DNA of 64,000 nucleotides from Candidatus Uhrbacteria bacterium (GCA_016215325.1 JACRJV010000007.1:3728-67727), one strand, 5' to 3'. Shown: positions 36,565 to 47,593, numbered from the stretch's first letter. The notes: a model not told the origin generated them from the letters alone. Numbers and translations: made by a program.

Positions 36565-36680
36565 ATCGAATTTTCAATTTACAATTTCCAATGAATTTTC
36601 ATTGATTCAATTATCGAAACTGAACCGACATTGAAAATTGGATCATTGATAATTGAATGAAAATTTAAAATTGAAAATTA
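36565..36680. repeat. AT-rich heptamer repeat hairpin (TTTTCAA / TTGAAAA)
   Basis: ttttcaa-tttacaa-tttccaa ... ttgaaaa-ttggatc...tttaaaa-ttgaaaa. Confidence 0.7.
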
Positions 36681-38024
36681 TAATTCAACAACCTCTCCAA
36701 TCTTCGGCACACTGGCATTAATGCCGAATTCGTCTTGAATGTTTGTTGCTAAGACATGCGCCGCCTCGTCATCTCCTTGCACTGTAAAAATGTGTTGGAT
36801 CGGCCGCTGGATATCCTGCACAAAGGCCATGAGCTGATCATGATCCGCATGTCCCGAATACGCAAGTGCTTGTAATATTGTTGCTCGTACCGGAACATCT
36901 TTCTCTCCAATGCGAATATGTGTTGCCCCCTCCTGGAGTTGGCGTCCATTCGTACCATTAACTTGATAGGAGACGAGCAAGAGAATATTTTGTGAGTCTG
37001 GCAAATACAATTGCTCGTGATAAATAATGCGGCCGCCCGTGCTCATCCCGTTGCCCGCAATAATGACCTTTGGTGCGGGCGCAGAATTAATCGCTTTCGA
37101 TTCCTCGCGTGTTCGCGTGATCTTGAGCCCGGGGAATTCAAAAATATTGTCGCCCAAACGGATCTGATTTTGTCCTTCCGCGCTCAAATAGGAGTGGTGC
37201 CGTTGGTAGATTTCGGTTGCCGCTGCGGCCATGGGGCTATCGATATAGACGGCGATGCGCGGCACACGAGCATCTTCGACGAGGGTGTCTAAATCGTAGA
37301 GAATCTCTTGGGTTCGTTCAACCGCCAGCGACGGAATAATCAATGCACCGCGATGCTTCACGACATGCTCAATCGCGCGCTCAAGTTGTTCTTTTCGGTC
37401 CTTGACCGGCTCATGCACGCGATCACCATATGCCGACTCGATGATCACATAGTCAGCGCGATCGATGACATCGGCCGGAGGCAGCAACGGGGATAATTCA
37501 TTGCCCAAATCACCCGTAAACAAGAGCTTCTTGCCCTCTGCCCACACTTCAACCATGGACGACCCCAGAATGTGTCCGGCATTGCGCAATTGGAACTGGA
37601 CATCGCCCACACTCTGGCGCTGCTTGTATTCAATCAGCCTCCATAAGCGCCCAACACCGGCTACGTCCGCATGGCTATAGAGCGCCGCTGATCCTCCTTC
37701 CTGCGCTCGCGTGGTCATGATCTCTTCGCTATCCTCCACGACCAGTTGGGCGAGCTCTGCCGTGGGCGGCGTGGCATAGATCGGCCCACGGTACCCTTGT
37801 TTGTATAACAGCGGCAATCGCCCACCATGGTCCAAATGCGCGTGCGTCAAGATGACCGCGTCGATCGTCTTGGGGTCATACAGGAATGGTTTTTGATTCC
37901 AACCCTTGTTTTCTGCCCCACCTTGAAACATCCCGCAGTCCACGAGAATCTTCGTCGTGCCAGTTTCCAAAAGATAATTAGCGCCGGTCACAATCCCGGC
38001 CCCGCCGCAAAAGGTGAGTTTCAT
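36678..38024 (-). CDS. metallo-beta-lactamase / beta-CASP ribonuclease
   Basis: THAHLDH, AGHILGS, FTGDLG, ESAYGDR, YSGHAD. Confidence 0.93.
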   Translation of the reverse strand: MKLTFCGGAGIVTGANYLLETGTTKILVDCGMFQGGAENKGWNQKPFLYDPKTIDAVILTHAHLDHGGRLPLLYKQGYRGPIYATPPTAELAQLVVEDSEEIMTTRAQEGGSAALYSHADVAGVGRLWRLIEYKQRQSVGDVQFQLRNAGHILGSSMVEVWAEGKKLLFTGDLGNELSPLLPPADVIDRADYVIIESAYGDRVHEPVKDRKEQLERAIEHVVKHRGALIIPSLAVERTQEILYDLDTLVEDARVPRIAVYIDSPMAAAATEIYQRHHSYLSAEGQNQIRLGDNIFEFPGLKITRTREESKAINSAPAPKVIIAGNGMSTGGRIIYHEQLYLPDSQNILLLVSYQVNGTNGRQLQEGATHIRIGEKDVPVRATILQALAYSGHADHDQLMAFVQDIQRPIQHIFTVQGDDEAAHVLATNIQDEFGINASVPKIGEVVEL

Positions 38025-38107
38025 AATGGAGGATACTGCAAGTACCGCGAATGCGGCACGACGACTATAGTATCAGACCCCTCTTATGATTCCTAGTGGA
38101 TAATAGG

Positions 38108-39067
38108 TTATCCGCGGACAATCAACACAGTGATGTAGAGGACATACGCCGTCAAAAACCCCGTTCCCTGCCATCGTTCAATGATATGACGCTTCCCCAC
38201 AAACAGAAAAATAAATAGCAGAAGGGTAGCGAGCACGGCAACGCCGATGTCCATATTACTGCGCGATTGGAATGGCAATGGCCGTATGATGCTGCTCATT
38301 CCTAAAATCCAAAAGATGTTAAAAATGTTGGAACCAACGACGTTGCCGACCGCAATATCGACGTTCCTCTTATACGCCGCCACAGCCGAAGTAGCGAGCT
38401 CCGGTAACGAAGTACCGACCGCAACTACCGTCAGCCCAATCAACGACTCGCTGACCCCAAGATTCGAGGCAATCTCTACCGCAGAATCCACCACCCATTT
38501 CCCGCCGACCACAAGGACCATCAATCCCCCTGCCACCATTGAAACGGATCGGAGCAATCCGAAGCGGCGCACTGGAAGCCCTTGCTCTGATGGTGGCCCG
38601 CCAAACGCCAACTCGTACGTGTAGAACAAAAAGATCGCGAAAAATCCGATTAGAGCGATACCATCCGTGCGCGTAAGCGCAGAAAATTCTAGGCCGTCAA
38701 TCCACTGATCATTGGCCATCACCGCAATCATCAACACCGCCAAAAGACTAAAGGGGATTTCCTTCCAGACCGTCCCTTTCGTAACCCGCAGTGGATAGAT
38801 CACCGCGGCAATGCCCAAAATGAGGAGGATGTTGGCAATGTTCGAACCTAGAATATTGCCAATGGCGATTTCGGTGTTCCCGGAAATGCTCGCGACGGTG
38901 TTAACAATGAGCTCCGGTGCTGATGTGCCAAACGCAACAATCGTGAGACCAACAGCTAAGTCGGAAATGCCAAACCGTTTGGCAATGGAAGATGCTCCAT
39001 CAACGAGCCAACCCGCTCCTTTGATAAGCAATGCAAACCCTACGACGAGAAAAAAGAGAGTTGTCAT
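38108..39067 (-). CDS. Ca2+/Na+ antiporter (YrbG-like)
   Basis: Two alpha repeats: GTSAPE/GSNIAN and GTSLPE/GSNIFN. Confidence 0.93.
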   Translation of the reverse strand: MTTLFFLVVGFALLIKGAGWLVDGASSIAKRFGISDLAVGLTIVAFGTSAPELIVNTVASISGNTEIAIGNILGSNIANILLILGIAAVIYPLRVTKGTVWKEIPFSLLAVLMIAVMANDQWIDGLEFSALTRTDGIALIGFFAIFLFYTYELAFGGPPSEQGLPVRRFGLLRSVSMVAGGLMVLVVGGKWVVDSAVEIASNLGVSESLIGLTVVAVGTSLPELATSAVAAYKRNVDIAVGNVVGSNIFNIFWILGMSSIIRPLPFQSRSNMDIGVAVLATLLLFIFLFVGKRHIIERWQGTGFLTAYVLYITVLIVRG

Positions 39068-39972
39068 ATTGATGGCTTACGAAATTTTTTGAGGACCACA
39101 ATATCCCGAGGTCGCTTCTCTTCTGTCGGTGTTTCTAAAATTAAATCGCAATGCTGGAGTTTTTTGTTTTTGACGATCGCTTCAAAAGCCGGTAGACCGA
39201 TATAACCATCACCTAAGTCCGCGTGGCGGTCCACGTGGGAGCCGAATTCCACCTTGGAGTCGTTGCAATGGAAGACGACCAGGCGATCAAGGCCGATGTT
39301 CTTCTCAAACTCATCAAACACTTTTTTCTGGGTTTCTTTTGTGCGCATATCGTAGCCCGACGCAAAGGCGTGTTGGATGTCGAAGCACACGCCCAGACGA
39401 GGGTTTAGGGTAGAGGGTTTAGGGTTCAGTTTCTTTGATGTCCCCGCCTCCACGCCGGTGATGATTGCGGCAATTTCGTCGAAGGTGTCGCCCATTATCA
39501 ATCCTGCTCCGGCGGAGATTTCTAACAACAGTTGGCAGGACCCCGTATAGCCGTCCAAAATGTTCTTCACCCCTTCGATCACCATTTGCATTCCTCGCTG
39601 TTGCGCCGCTTCGGCAGAAAGCCCACTTTTGAGGAGATCGTTGGCGCTGCCAAGATGCGTCATGAGTGCTTTAACGCCGAGTACACTCCCGCGTTCTAGT
39701 TCTTCACGGACCACGGCGATGGTTCCGTACCGCGTCCGATTATTGCTCGAAGCAAAATTTACATAGTAGGGCGCATGGATGTACGCCGCCTTCTGGCGGT
39801 GTTGTTCCATCGCTTCGCGAAACAGCCGAATCGCCTCGTCGTCGAGTGTGCGAGCCGGCCCGCCTTGCGGAGGCCGCGAGAAAAACTGAAACGCTTCTCC
39901 GCCAATCTTGGCGGAATTTTCTGGAGCATTGTGCAAGCCCCCGGCAGCGGAGATGTGAGCGCCGAAGAACAT
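39064..39972 (-). CDS. nfo: endonuclease IV with an in-frame heptamer insert
   Basis: GAHIS, HAPYYVNFAS, CFDIQHAFASGYD, HCNDSK...DRH, ILETP. Confidence 0.95.
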   Translation of the reverse strand: MFFGAHISAAGGLHNAPENSAKIGGEAFQFFSRPPQGGPARTLDDEAIRLFREAMEQHRQKAAYIHAPYYVNFASSNNRTRYGTIAVVREELERGSVLGVKALMTHLGSANDLLKSGLSAEAAQQRGMQMVIEGVKNILDGYTGSCQLLLEISAGAGLIMGDTFDEIAAIITGVEAGTSKKLNPKPSTLNPRLGVCFDIQHAFASGYDMRTKETQKKVFDEFEKNIGLDRLVVFHCNDSKVEFGSHVDRHADLGDGYIGLPAFEAIVKNKKLQHCDLILETPTEEKRPRDIVVLKKFRKPSI

Positions 39973-39979
39973 ATTTGCG

Positions 39980-40073
39980 GAGCAAGATAAGCGAGAAAAG
40001 TAAGATAAGTAAATTAAGCTTGCTGGCGATCGGGCTTATCTTGCTTATGTTACTTATCTTGCTTATCTCGCTC
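39980..40073. repeat. nonamer-repeat hairpin element, copy 3
   Basis: gagcaagataagcgagaaaagtaagataagtaaattaagc...gcttatcttgcttatgttacttatcttgcttatctcgctc. Confidence 0.8.
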
Positions 40074-40162
40074 GTATACAGTATACCCAAACCTCTCCAA
40101 AATCAAAACACCCTGTCGACCGGATGTTTCACCGGTAAACAGGGTGCGTAGTGTAGAACCTA

Positions 40163-40591
40163 TTATGCTGCTTGAGGGAGAGGTTCTTGGCTCGAAGACT
40201 GCTGGGGCGGGACCTTTTTAATATAGAGTTCCATCCCGTCAACTACATTGCCCAGTTCAACTTCATCGACCCTCATCATCGGATCGCCACTGGCTTGTTT
40301 CTTCAATTGCTCATGCCACTTTTCCAATCCATCGTGCAAAACCTGGATAGCCGGAGTATATTCCTTGGCATGATTGCGATATCCTGCTCTCAATTGCTCA
40401 ATGAATTCATGAACTCTTTTCATCTTACTCGTAAACGTTCCACTCCCATTCACGAGGGTAACGACCGCCTGTGCGGCTTCTACAGAGACGTCGGATCGCA
40501 CTGCATCTGCCGCAAATGCTCGCTCCTGGGCAGCGCGCTCTTTTGGATCGACGGGATTACCCGCTGCTGGCTGTTCTCTAAATCTTGGCAT
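40163..40591 (-). CDS. hypothetical protein
   Basis: 142-aa ORF with an AT-rich upstream region. Confidence 0.65.
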   Translation of the reverse strand: MPRFREQPAAGNPVDPKERAAQERAFAADAVRSDVSVEAAQAVVTLVNGSGTFTSKMKRVHEFIEQLRAGYRNHAKEYTPAIQVLHDGLEKWHEQLKKQASGDPMMRVDEVELGNVVDGMELYIKKVPPQQSSSQEPLPQAA

Positions 40592-40674
40592 ATGAGTTTA
40601 ATTTTAATTACAAAGACAAATACGAAAAACTCATTATCAACATTATACCACATTATATAGAAAAAAACAAGCCC

Positions 40675-41964
40675 CTATATTGGGGCTTGTTTTACGTTCT
40701 GTTTGATCCAACCGATCGCTTTGCGGTTACGCAGCATCACCCTGGCGTGTTCCCGCATTTCGGCAGAGTGTATCTTCTTTTGCACTTCGGCGTCATTGCG
40801 ATATTCCTGTTGCGCTTTTTTTACGGATTCATCAATTTCTGCATCGGTCGCCGAAATATCATGCTCCAGAGCAATCGCGCGCAACAATAATGCGCCCTTG
40901 ACCCGTTCTAGGGCCTGCGGCGCAAAATCAAGATACACTTGATCGTGTGTCTTATTTATCGATGCAAGATACTCATTAAATTCTCCTCCTTGTTTGCTCA
41001 CATTCTGTTCGAGTTCTTCCATCATGCGATTGGCTTCTTGCGTCACCAAGTCTTCGGGGATATCGGTAAATTTTGATTTCTTAATCATTTGTTCGATGAT
41101 TTCTCGCTCCTGGCGGTCATCTTCTTTTTTCTGCCGATCCGTCGTGAGGTTGCCTTTGAGCAGCGTCCGTAACGCAGACAAATCTTTTTGACCTACCTTC
41201 TGTGCAAACGCATCATCAACGTCGGGTTTTGCCCGTTCAAATACTTGCTTGATCGTTACGCTAAAATCCACATTCTTGCCGGCAAGATTCTTTTGATAAT
41301 GCTGCTCGGGGAACGGTAATGTAAATGTTTTGGTTTCGCCGGCTGATGCGCCGACAAGCTCCTTGGTGAGGCCGGGGATGTAATGTTCTTTGTCAAGAAA
41401 CACTTTATGGTCTTTGACCGCCCCACCATCGACGGCAACTCCGCCTTGCGTCATCGAAAGGTCAACAATGACGAGATCGCTTACGGTCGCCGGCCGGCTT
41501 ACTGCGGCCTCGGTCGCGAGCATCTCTCGCAAGTCTTCGACCACGCGATCGATGTCCGATTCGCTCACTTCAACCGCGGGGGACGAGACAGTAACAGTGG
41601 CGGGATCCACGATTGTCACCTCCGGCAACAATGGAACGGTCGCTGTGTACACGAAGGGGTTCCCGGGGGCCAACATCTCCACTTGTATGCGGGGGACGCC
41701 CACCACTTCAAATTTTTCTTGCTCAATTGCCTTCGAGTATGTGCTGCTCACCATCGCCTCTGCCGCCTGCTCCAAAATCGCTTGAGCTCCCACGCGCCCG
41801 ACCAACACATCATACGGGACGTTCCCGGGGCGAAAGCCAGGGACCGGATGGTGCTGGGATATTTCTTTGGCGGCTGAGTCAAGGTACGATCGATGATCTT
41901 CGGCGGGTACCTCGATGGTAATGCTCAAAACGCCTTTTTCGACTTCTGATGACCTCACCTTCAT
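40675..41964 (-). CDS. tig: trigger factor
   Basis: [10 protein letters not shown] ribosome-binding motif; FKBP-like YIPG...FP..Y...LAGK. Confidence 0.95.
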   Translation of the reverse strand: MKVRSSEVEKGVLSITIEVPAEDHRSYLDSAAKEISQHHPVPGFRPGNVPYDVLVGRVGAQAILEQAAEAMVSSTYSKAIEQEKFEVVGVPRIQVEMLAPGNPFVYTATVPLLPEVTIVDPATVTVSSPAVEVSESDIDRVVEDLREMLATEAAVSRPATVSDLVIVDLSMTQGGVAVDGGAVKDHKVFLDKEHYIPGLTKELVGASAGETKTFTLPFPEQHYQKNLAGKNVDFSVTIKQVFERAKPDVDDAFAQKVGQKDLSALRTLLKGNLTTDRQKKEDDRQEREIIEQMIKKSKFTDIPEDLVTQEANRMMEELEQNVSKQGGEFNEYLASINKTHDQVYLDFAPQALERVKGALLLRAIALEHDISATDAEIDESVKKAQQEYRNDAEVQKKIHSAEMREHARVMLRNRKAIGWIKQNVKQAPI

Positions 41965-43952
41965 ATCAATAATCCGACAATCAGTAATGCAACAATGTTG
42001 ACGATCTTGATCATGGGGTTGATCGCAGGGCCCGCGGTGTCCTTGTACGGGTCGCCGACCGTATCGCCGATCACCGCCGCTTGATGCGCTGGAGATTTTT
42101 TGCCGCCATGGTTGCCTGCTTCAATATATTTCTTGGCGTTATCCCATGCGGCTCCGCCGGTTGTCATCGAAATCGCGACAAAGACACCGGTGATAATTGT
42201 TCCAACGAGTAGCCCCCCCAGTGCTTGCACGCCCAACAGTGCGCCCACCAAAATCGGAGCCACCACGGGCAATAACGAGGGGACGATCATTTCTTTCAAC
42301 GCCGCGGCGGTCACAATGCTCACCGTCTGGGCATAGTCGGGCTTTTGCGTGCGGTCCATAATGCCGGGGAACTGTTTAAACTGGTCGCGAACCGCCGAAA
42401 CAACAACTCCGGCGGCGCGTCCGACGGATTCCATCGCATAGGAGGCAAACAGGTATGGTAGCAACCCTCCGATAAATAATCCCGCCAGCACACGAGCAGA
42501 ACTAAGATCAAACGTCATCTGCGATCCGCGGCTCGCGATTTCGTTGGTGAACGAGGCAAACAACACAAGAGAGGCTAACACGGCCGACCCGATGGCGTAC
42601 CCTTTGGTCACTGCTTTTGTTGTATTGCCCACCGCATCCAACGGGTCGGTGATCGCCCGGACTTCATCGCTCATATTCGCCATTTCCGCAATACCGCCCG
42701 CATTATCGGTAATGGGGCCATACGCATCAATCGCAACGACGACACCGGTAAGGGAGAGCATCGCCACCGCCGCGAGCGCAACGCCATATAATCCGGCCAT
42801 GGCTTGGGCAATTAAAATGCCCGCCACTAACACGACAACAGGCAATCCCGTTGACCGCATGGACAGAGCGAGCCCGGCAATAAGGTTGGTGCCAGCACCT
42901 GTCTCGCTCGCCTTGGCAATCTTATGCACGGGAGAAAATTTTGTCGAAGTATAGTAATCGGTGAGCAGGAACAACAGCGCAGTGACCACAATGCCCACGA
43001 GCAATGCGCCATACGCCCGGGAGAGCCCCTCAACGCCGCCTAACAAACGCACAGTAAGTGGGTATAAGGCAACGACCGCGATAGCGGCTGTACCATACAG
43101 CCCGCGATACAGCGTGCGCATAATTGTTTCTTTTTTTGCAGAGCGCATGAGCTGCGTACCAATCATGGAGGCAATCAATGATACTCCGCCCACCAACAGC
43201 GGGAACTCTTGCGTGATCGCAGCAAACGGGAATAAAAGTTTCCCCAGTACCATTGCCGCGACAACAGTAACGACATAGGTCTCAAACAAATCAGCAGCCA
43301 TGCCAGCGCAATCGCCCACATTGTCGCCGACATTGTCGGCAATCACCGCGGGGTTACGCGGGTCGTCTTCGGGAATACCGGCCTCAACCTTTCCGACGAG
43401 ATCAGCGCCCACGTCAGCAGCTTTCGTAAAAATTCCGCCGCCTAATCGACTAAAGACCGAGACAAGACTCCCTCCAAACCCCAAGCCAATCAATGCGTCA
43501 AATTCATTCGGGGACATCCAGCGCATCGCCACTACTCCAAGCAGCCCCAACCCCGCCACCAAGAGTCCTGTCGCCGCTCCCCCTTTCGTTGCCAGGCTTA
43601 ATGCTGGATTTAATCCTTTCTTGGCCGCCTCGGCAGTCCGCACATTTGCTCGCACGGCAATAGACATGCCCAGGATTCCGGCGAGAGCCGATAATGCCGC
43701 GCCCACCAAAAAGCCAAGTGCTGTGGACCATTCTAAAAAGAGACCGAGGAGCAGTGCGAGGACAATCGCAATCATGGCAACACTCTTATATTGCCGCGTC
43801 ATGTACCCCCGTGCGCCAGCTTGGATGGCGCTGGCAATCTCTTGCATTGCCTTGTCGCCCTTGGGTTGAGAGAGGACTTGCTTAAAGAGAATCCCGCTCA
43901 TGACAATGCTCGCGACCGAACTCAACAGAGCAAACGTGAGGATGGACATCAT
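41961..43952 (-). CDS. hppA: membrane-bound pyrophosphatase, K+-independent H+-PPase signature
   Basis: [36 protein letters not shown] (Lys at the K+-dependence position). Confidence 0.95.
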   Translation of the reverse strand: MMSILTFALLSSVASIVMSGILFKQVLSQPKGDKAMQEIASAIQAGARGYMTRQYKSVAMIAIVLALLLGLFLEWSTALGFLVGAALSALAGILGMSIAVRANVRTAEAAKKGLNPALSLATKGGAATGLLVAGLGLLGVVAMRWMSPNEFDALIGLGFGGSLVSVFSRLGGGIFTKAADVGADLVGKVEAGIPEDDPRNPAVIADNVGDNVGDCAGMAADLFETYVVTVVAAMVLGKLLFPFAAITQEFPLLVGGVSLIASMIGTQLMRSAKKETIMRTLYRGLYGTAAIAVVALYPLTVRLLGGVEGLSRAYGALLVGIVVTALLFLLTDYYTSTKFSPVHKIAKASETGAGTNLIAGLALSMRSTGLPVVVLVAGILIAQAMAGLYGVALAAVAMLSLTGVVVAIDAYGPITDNAGGIAEMANMSDEVRAITDPLDAVGNTTKAVTKGYAIGSAVLASLVLFASFTNEIASRGSQMTFDLSSARVLAGLFIGGLLPYLFASYAMESVGRAAGVVVSAVRDQFKQFPGIMDRTQKPDYAQTVSIVTAAALKEMIVPSLLPVVAPILVGALLGVQALGGLLVGTIITGVFVAISMTTGGAAWDNAKKYIEAGNHGGKKSPAHQAAVIGDTVGDPYKDTAGPAINPMIKIVNIVALLIVGLLI

Positions 43953-44035
43953 AGAATGATGTATTAGTTAAGTGATTTACTAATTTATTGCCGCAACAAT
44001 AAACCAATAAACAAACTAACTACATCAATAAAAAA

Positions 44036-45349
44036 TTAAGAGGCTTCTTCTGGAGTTTCGGTCTTGGTGGCTTCTGCTTCTCCGGTTTTCGGGGTTGATG
44101 CTTCTTCAATATTCGTGGTATTCGCCCCTGCCTGATCGGTAGGCAGGTCGCTGTTGGCGGTGTTCATGTTCTCTTGCGAATTTTCGTTTTTACGGATATC
44201 CACATTCCAGCCGGTAAGTTTTGATGCGAGGCGGACGTTTTGGCCGTTGCGGCCGATGGCTAACGAAAGTTGATCCTCCGGCACCTGGACCGTCGCTGTC
44301 TTGGATTCTTCATGGAGTTGGATGTCCGCTACCTTTGCCGGTGACAATGCGGCCTGGAGATACGCAACAGGGTCTTCTTTCCATTCGATAATATCGATTT
44401 TCTCGCCCTTGAGCTCTGCAATGATTGCTTGTACACGCGCGCCGCGCTGCCCCACGCAAGAGCCCACCGGATCGATGTTGCTTTCCAACGATCGCACCGC
44501 GACCTTCACGCGCGACCCGGCCTCGCGGGCAATACCCATAATTTCGATATGCTGGTGTTGGATCTCGGGGATTTCAACGGTAAACAGGTACCGAACAAGT
44601 TCCGGAGAGGTCCGGCTCACAACCACCTCGGGCCCGCGCGCTTTGAGCTCCACCGATTCGACATACACTTTTACGCGGTCGCCGATATGGTATTGCTCGT
44701 GCGGTGCCTGCCCCTCGGGTACCATGATCCCAACGATGCGCCCGAAATCTACCAGCACTAAACGTCCCTCGCGTCGTTGGATCAACCCGGTGACAACAGT
44801 ATGTTCTTTGTCTTTAAAGTCTTGATAGAGGACGTTGCGTTCTGCTTCGCGCAACTTTTGCATAATCACCTGCTTGGCCGTTTGCGCAGCCATACGACCA
44901 AAGCTCGAAGGCACCTCAAGTTCAGTGCGGATTTCATCGCCGAGTTGGGCATCCGACTTGACCGCTTGCGCCTCTTCGAGCGTGAGGTTCAGACGCGGAT
45001 GGAACCGTGGCTTCTCTTCAATAAGTTCTGTCGTTGCATCAGAACCCCCTTCCAAAACCGTACCAGAAGGCGCGCTCATCACGCCGACATCGTTCGGGCT
45101 CGATTTACTTAATTCACTCTCTGCCATCTCTTCCTCCGGCGGCTTTTCCATAACGGTCTTTACATCGAACACGCGCATTTCACCAGTCTCGGGATGGAAC
45201 TCCACCTTAATGTTTTGATTCGGCTGACCGTAATCTTTACGGTACGCCGCGGCAAGGGCCGCTTCCAGCGTCTGCAGCACCACTTCTTTTGAAATCTTTT
45301 TTTCCTCGCAGACGGTATCAATCGCCTGCAGTAATGGATTGAGGGCCAT
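44036..45349 (-). CDS. nusA: transcription termination/antitermination factor NusA
   Basis: FGRMAAQTAKQV, AREAGSRVKVAV, DPVGSCVGQRG, SLAIGRNGQNVRLA. Confidence 0.97.
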   Translation of the reverse strand: MALNPLLQAIDTVCEEKKISKEVVLQTLEAALAAAYRKDYGQPNQNIKVEFHPETGEMRVFDVKTVMEKPPEEEMAESELSKSSPNDVGVMSAPSGTVLEGGSDATTELIEEKPRFHPRLNLTLEEAQAVKSDAQLGDEIRTELEVPSSFGRMAAQTAKQVIMQKLREAERNVLYQDFKDKEHTVVTGLIQRREGRLVLVDFGRIVGIMVPEGQAPHEQYHIGDRVKVYVESVELKARGPEVVVSRTSPELVRYLFTVEIPEIQHQHIEIMGIAREAGSRVKVAVRSLESNIDPVGSCVGQRGARVQAIIAELKGEKIDIIEWKEDPVAYLQAALSPAKVADIQLHEESKTATVQVPEDQLSLAIGRNGQNVRLASKLTGWNVDIRKNENSQENMNTANSDLPTDQAGANTTNIEEASTPKTGEAEATKTETPEEAS

Positions 45350-45453
45350 AAGTATGTCATGTACTTTTATCAAACAAAAAAGACAGATTCTTATGGAATC
45401 CATCTATCATAATCCAAGACTAGCAAACCTCAGATTCTCTGTCAACCACAAAT

Positions 45454-45825
45454 TTATACAGCGTTCGGGATGTGTTCTATGTGGGACTCTCCGCTGGGCT
45501 CCACCAATATGGCGATCACGTCTATGCGGACCGTGCGATATTGCGGATGGACATTCCAGTACCATTGCGCGAGCTGACGGAGTTTGTGTTGCTTATGGGC
45601 GGTCACGGCTTCTTCGGGGTACCCATAGTGAGTGGAATTGCGAGTCTTCACTTCAACGATGACTAACTCTGATTCAAGCGCACAAACAACATCGATCTCC
45701 CCGAAGGGAGATCGAATATTGCTGCCCAAAATGGTGTACCCCTTTGTTTCTAAATATCCGCGTGCAACGCCTTCGCCCCAATCGCCGCGCTTCTGACGCG
45801 CATTACGCATAAAACATAATGCCAA
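45454..45825 (-). CDS. yraN: YraN family endonuclease-fold protein
   Basis: GDWGE, GEIDVV, IVEVKTR, PEEAVT..KQ, RIDVI. Confidence 0.9.
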   Translation of the reverse strand: MALCFMRNARQKRGDWGEGVARGYLETKGYTILGSNIRSPFGEIDVVCALESELVIVEVKTRNSTHYGYPEEAVTAHKQHKLRQLAQWYWNVHPQYRTVRIDVIAILVEPSGESHIEHIPNAV

Positions 45826-45897
45826 TTTACAAATTCATTCGAATACTACGAATACCAAATTTGCTGTATTGGCATTCATTCGCATATTCGCATTATG

Positions 45898-46284
45898 CTA
45901 TCTGCCGGGTATGTACTTCAGCTGCTGGAGCCGGCGGTACTCATCCTTCTCTTTTGCACCCCAATGTTTATACCGTCCCCAAAGGGTGTATGCGCGCCAT
46001 ACCACAAGAAGTGCCAACAACACGTACCATGCGCGTGCGCCAAGGACGACAACGCGCTGCCCCGAAAGCCACGTGAGCAACAGTCCGGCAACACCGACAG
46101 AAAATGCATTCATGCGCACTTCGCTTGCCCATTCCATCATCCACCGGCTGCTGCGGCGTTTGACGATCGGGGGGAGGAACAAGCCGATCGCAACCAACAG
46201 GACAGCGACCGCCATGGCGGTACGGATGACCGGGGACTCCGTCGCGGGTTGAATAAAGTTAAGCCACTGGAGGAGTGTAGACAT
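45898..46284 (-). CDS. hypothetical membrane protein
   Basis: Three hydrophobic segments; C-terminal KYIP. Confidence 0.6.
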   Translation of the reverse strand: MSTLLQWLNFIQPATESPVIRTAMAVAVLLVAIGLFLPPIVKRRSSRWMMEWASEVRMNAFSVGVAGLLLTWLSGQRVVVLGARAWYVLLALLVVWRAYTLWGRYKHWGAKEKDEYRRLQQLKYIPGR

Positions 46285-46290
46285 AGAATG

Positions 46291-46857
46291 TTATTGTCTG
46301 CTAAACAACGCGCCAAAATGCCAAACGCTGGCCGAAAATTCACTTTCAAAATGCAGCCCAATGGTTGAAGCCACGGCCTTTAATTGTTCGAGGTTCACGC
46401 GGCGAGCGAGGGGCGGACCCACCGGCCCGGTTTCTTGCCTCCAGTCCACAACCAATAATTTCCCACTGACCTTGAGCAACCGCTGTGCTTCTTTAAAAAT
46501 ATGATCGTGGTGAATGTTCTGAAAAAGGATATTGACACACAACACGCGATCAATCGACTCTTCCGGGATCGCAGCGGCCCCAATCACTTCGAGATTGGAA
46601 TGGATCACTTGGATCTGGGGGAGATTTTCGACTCGAGCGCGTCGGCGGAGGCTTTCGAGCACGTCAGGGACAACGTCTACGGCATACACCATTCCACCCC
46701 GACCGACACGGCGAGCGAGCGGAAAGGTAAAATGGCCGCCACCGCCGCATCCAAACTCGCCAATATGCTGGTCTACTTCAACATCGAGCTGGGCAAGGAT
46801 AAATTCGGGGTCAAGCAGGCGCGTTCCGCCGGCGGTCTCGTACAAGGCGCTGAGCAT
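46291..46857 (-). CDS. class I SAM-dependent methyltransferase
   Basis: EFGCGGGGH, VYAVDV, RLLKVSGKLLVVDW. Confidence 0.88.
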   Translation of the reverse strand: MLSALYETAGGTRLLDPEFILAQLDVEVDQHIGEFGCGGGGHFTFPLARRVGRGGMVYAVDVVPDVLESLRRRARVENLPQIQVIHSNLEVIGAAAIPEESIDRVLCVNILFQNIHHDHIFKEAQRLLKVSGKLLVVDWRQETGPVGPPLARRVNLEQLKAVASTIGLHFESEFSASVWHFGALFSRQ

Positions 46858-46924
46858 AGGGAGTAATGGGAGTTGGTAATCAGTAGTAATAGCGCGACGC
46901 ATCGTTATACCTACTCACTACAAC

Positions 46925-47590
46925 CTACTCACTAGTATACAACTTCCGGATGGGTTCGAACAACCTCCGATGATGCACAGAAGGTCCATATTCTTCCAAT
47001 TTCTGCTGATGCAGCTGTGTACCATACCCCTTGTGCAGATCAAATCGATACCGGCTTTCTTGTTCGTGCAGCTCCAGCATCATTTGGTCGCGCGCCACCT
47101 TGGCAATGATGGAAGCGGCGGCGATGGAGTAGATCTTCTGATCGCCGTCGATAACGGAAAACCACTCGGGGTGAGTTTTGATTGGGAGACCGTCAATCAT
47201 TACTGTCATTCTGGCTTGCCGGCCCCGTCTTGGCGGTGGGCCAGAATCCGGCGATCGATCGGATCTTGCCGGCCCCGTCTTGGCGGTGGGCCGTGGCCAG
47301 GATGACGACACAGTGAGGGCCGCAATTGCCCGCTCAAATACCATTGCCTGTGCTTTCGTCATGCCGAACAAATCGAGTTCTTCCACGCTCACGATCCCGA
47401 TACCGTGCTGATGCATCTTTCGGAGGGTTCCACTGAGTTCTTCCCGCTGTCTTGGCGACAGCAATTTTGAATCCCGTACACCCTTCACTCGGAACTCCTC
47501 ACGCGTCACTTGCAAGGCACATGCGACAAAGGGGCCGGCCCAGGCGCCCCGGCCGACTTCGTCGATGCCGATGCCGGGGGAAAATCGCAT
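46925..47590 (-). CDS. rnhB: ribonuclease HII with an in-frame ~35-aa repeat insert
   Basis: GIDEVGRGAWAGP, RDSK, SIAAASIIAKVARD, HKGYGT. Confidence 0.95.
   Translation of the reverse strand: MRFSPGIGIDEVGRGAWAGPFVACALQVTREEFRVKGVRDSKLLSPRQREELSGTLRKMHQHGIGIVSVEELDLFGMTKAQAMVFERAIAALTVSSSWPRPTAKTGPARSDRSPDSGPPPRRGRQARMTVMIDGLPIKTHPEWFSVIDGDQKIYSIAAASIIAKVARDQMMLELHEQESRYRFDLHKGYGTQLHQQKLEEYGPSVHHRRLFEPIRKLYTSE
47204..47310. repeat. GTCATT...GATGAC composite palindromic element with an internal 28-nt direct repeat, inside rnhB
   Basis: cttgccggccccgtcttggcggtgggcc at 47215-47242 and 47265-47292. Confidence 0.8.
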
Positions 47591-47593
47591 AGT

